From NCBI GenBank assembly GCA_965240465.1, contig OZ251219.1:192001-256000 (forward strand): a DNA stretch of 64,000 nucleotides, in the 5' to 3' direction. Source of the stretch: a bacterium (GTDB lineage Bacteria > SAR324 > JACQKK01). This document shows positions 61,744 through 64,000 of the stretch, piece after piece. The number at the start of each line of letters is the position of its first letter. The stretch's first letter is position 1. The translations under genes and the position numbers were made by a program. The notes beneath the pieces are model-generated. The model had not been told where the DNA came from and did no database searches. It saw only the letters and a program-made list of their open reading frames with translations.

Positions 61744-63095
61744 GCTGCCTCCTTTAGCGTTTTTACCAACAAATCCAACTTAAACTTATTCTTCAATTCC
61801 GTAACTGCTATCAGCAATCGTTTATCATCCTGATTCCTAAACTGACCCAAATCTAACCCCGGCAACACCCCACGAACTAGGCAACGTTCTACTACTTCGG
61901 CTGCCAAACAAGGACATTCCAAAGTGACCTCGTTAAACACCGCAGAAGAAAATGCTACCCTATATTGAGGTAAATCCCGCTCTATACAATCCAATAAATA
62001 CTGCATATAACTAACATTCTGATGTGCAACTTCTAACAAACCCTTTCTTCCCATAAGGGTCAAATATACCAACCCTGCCACCATTACCAAATTCTGATTG
62101 CTACAAATGTTGCTGGTAGCACGAGCACGACGAATATGCTGCTCCCTAGTAGCTAAGGTCAACACAAAACCACGGCGATTATCAACATCCTGTGTAACCC
62201 CAGCCAAACGACCGGGAATCTGACGCACATACTCCCGACACGAAGCCAAAAAACCCAAATGTGGTCCCCCAAACATAGGAGAAATCCCAAAACCCTGGGC
62301 TTCCCCAGCTACAATGTCCGCACCACACCGACCCGGAGGCCGCAATACACTCAAACTATGCGGCTCGTTCACCACTACCACCAACAATGCTCCCGCCTCA
62401 TGGACCACCTTAGCTAAATCCGTCAAGTCCTCTACTACTCCATAAAAATTGGGCTGCTGTACCACTAGGCAACTTACTTCATCATTCAAAGCCTTCCGCA
62501 AGGCTGATAAATCAACAATACCACTACCCATCTCCAACGGAACACTCTCCAAAACAATACCCAAACACTGCACATAAGACTCAGTAACCCGTCTATAAAA
62601 AGGATGCACACTCTCCGCTATTAAAACCCGAAAACGATCCCGACTACACCTATCAGCCATCAATACCCCCTCAGCACAAGCACTAGCACCATCGTACATG
62701 GAAGCATTGGAAACTTCCAAACCCGTTAATTCACAAATAAAAGTTTGAAACTCAAAAATAGCCTGCAAAGTTCCCTGACTAACCTCAGGCTGATACGGTG
62801 TGTATGAGGTGAAAAACTCACAACGCGAAATAATGCTATCCACCACCAAAGGAGAAAAATGCTCATAACAACCCGCCCCTATAAATGACTCATAACGATT
62901 ATAATCATTCTTGCTAGCCAACTGCCGAAACCACTCCAACTGCTCTGCCTCAGCCATTCCATCTGGCAACCTCAGGCTACGCTTAAAACAAGCCTGCTCA
63001 GGCACCGCTTTCAATAATAACTCCTCTATGCTGGATACTCCCATCTCTCTCAACATCTTCCGCTGAACCGCTTCGCCATTAGGAATAAATCGCAC
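61740..63095 (-). CDS. gcvPA: Glycine dehydrogenase subunit 1
   Basis: YTPYQPEVSQG, NASMYDG, TREQHIRR, SNICSN. Confidence 0.96.
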   Translation of the reverse strand: MRFIPNGEAVQRKMLREMGVSSIEELLLKAVPEQACFKRSLRLPDGMAEAEQLEWFRQLASKNDYNRYESFIGAGCYEHFSPLVVDSIISRCEFFTSYTPYQPEVSQGTLQAIFEFQTFICELTGLEVSNASMYDGASACAEGVLMADRCSRDRFRVLIAESVHPFYRRVTESYVQCLGIVLESVPLEMGSGIVDLSALRKALNDEVSCLVVQQPNFYGVVEDLTDLAKVVHEAGALLVVVVNEPHSLSVLRPPGRCGADIVAGEAQGFGISPMFGGPHLGFLASCREYVRQIPGRLAGVTQDVDNRRGFVLTLATREQHIRRARATSNICSNQNLVMVAGLVYLTLMGRKGLLEVAHQNVSYMQYLLDCIERDLPQYRVAFSSAVFNEVTLECPCLAAEVVERCLVRGVLPGLDLGQFRNQDDKRLLIAVTELKNKFKLDLLVKTLKEAA

Positions 63096-63277
63096 AAACT
63101 CCTCCTACTAAAAATTACAAAAATAACTCTTCTTCAAATACCGCTTCTAAAAACTTACCTATATCAAAATTGCTTTATTCTCATTTCAACTATATATACC
63201 TTAGTGTATTTTAATATCATAGAATATGTCTTTGTTTTACTATCAGTACCCAAAATAAAAATGATTGCCACTACCTT

Positions 63278-63353
63278 TGGTACCCCTGCCAGGACTTGAA
63301 CCCGGAACTGAGCTTTAGGAAAGCCCTGTTTTATCCAGTTGAACTACAGGGGC
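63278..63353 (-). tRNA. tRNA-Arg (anticodon CCT)
   Basis: GCCCCTG...GGGCT-TTCCTAA-AGCTC...CCGGG-TTCAAGT-CCTGG-CAGGGGT-A-CCA; 76 nt cloverleaf with encoded CCA. Confidence 0.93.
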
Positions 63354-63428
63354 ACTTCGCTATAACTTGCCTATCTTTCACTTATCAAGTCAAATTATCC
63401 TGCGTGGTACACTATAAACATTAAAACA

Positions 63429-64000
63429 ATGACAAAAAAGACCGAACCAGCACAACTGATCCTTTCTCAGGAGAAAAACCAAGCAAAACAAATCCCCCTA
63501 CGCCTGCGAACCCTAGCTAATCTGCTCATCAGCTGCCAACCTTCTAAACAACTGGCTACCGAAATTAATCAAACCATCACCTACTGGGAACAGTCCCTCC
63601 TAAGAACACCAAACCCCGATACTCCACCCCCAACAACTCCCCACCAAACCCCATCCTCTACCATTCACCCTCCCGAGTCCATAAAGGAACCTGAAATACA
63701 GGCTTGGTGCGATGGCTCTTGCTCGCCTAACCCAGGACCCGGCGGCTGGGGAGTACTCATTCACGCCGAAGGAAAAAAATATGAACTCAGCGGAGCAACT
63801 CACAATAGCACCAACAACATTATGGAACTCACCGCAGCCATCCAAGCCATCACCCCCACCCAAACAGGATGCCACCTGATTATCACTACTGATAGCCGCT
63901 ACCTCATAGAAGGTATTACTCGCTGGCTACCACGATGGAAAAAAAACGGCTGGCGTAAAGCTGATGGCAAACCAGTTCTAAATCAAAAAATCTGGCACCA
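63429..64000 (+). CDS. rnhA: Ribonuclease HI with N-terminal extension (3' end beyond window)
   Basis: Not in the ORF track. Hand translation: MTKKTEP...AWCDGSCSPNPGPGGWG...STNNIMELTAA...TDSRY...WKKNGWRKADGKPVLN. Confidence 0.92.
   Translation, partial: MTKKTEPAQLILSQEKNQAKQIPLRLRTLANLLISCQPSKQLATEINQTITYWEQSLLRTPNPDTPPPTTPHQTPSSTIHPPESIKEPEIQAWCDGSCSPNPGPGGWGVLIHAEGKKYELSGATHNSTNNIMELTAAIQAITPTQTGCHLIITTDSRYLIEGITRWLPRWKKNGWRKADGKPVLNQKIWH

Noticed and set aside
63200-63430. tRNA-Arg as the integration site of a mobile element
   Set aside because: No integrase, no duplicated tRNA 3' end, and core genes on both sides.
555-63875. Numerous 60-145 aa antisense or off-frame ORFs in the track (e.g. 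6769-7170, 23218-23643, 44649-45083, 63600-63875)
   Set aside because: They lie within well-supported genes and show no recognisable motifs; treated as shadow ORFs.

Overview
Gene-dense bacterial core-genome window using the standard code (table 11); gene content looks deltaproteobacterial, possibly SAR324-like, but that is a low-confidence inference. In order it carries: tolQ-pal; a LipM/LplA-type ligase; a MoeB/ThiF-rhodanese gene; the CIRCE-controlled hrcA-grpE-dnaK-dnaJ operon; thiS-thiG; htpX; coaBC; two ParA ATPases; nusB-ligA-trkA; lptC; lspA; a DegP-type protease; hldE; lpdA; a diguanylate cyclase; mutL; pheST; rnpB; an orphan DNA methyltransferase; ygfZ; a kexin-like S8 protease; bioY; gltA; two paralogous outer-membrane proteins; lpxC; a bactofilin; a TRAP transporter; pgi; a long RelA/SpoT protein; carB; rppH; dut; a K+ channel; gcvPAB; tRNA-Arg(CCT); and rnhA. 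No CRISPR array, prophage, integrase or IS was seen. The most notable observations are: (1) an in-frame TGA exactly at the conserved Cys of MoeB, followed by a SECIS-like hairpin (probable selenoprotein); (2) a full-length RelA/SpoT protein with an intact hydrolase but an eroded synthetase; (3) strong kb-scale G/C strand-skew domains that flip inside genes and ignore gene orientation; (4) a riboswitch-like leader before bioY; (5) an extra hairpin in loop L13 of RNase P RNA; (6) a pseudo-histidine-kinase-REC-GGDEF protein; (7) an unrecognised tandem beta-barrel pair. All RNA folds and base counts were done by hand.
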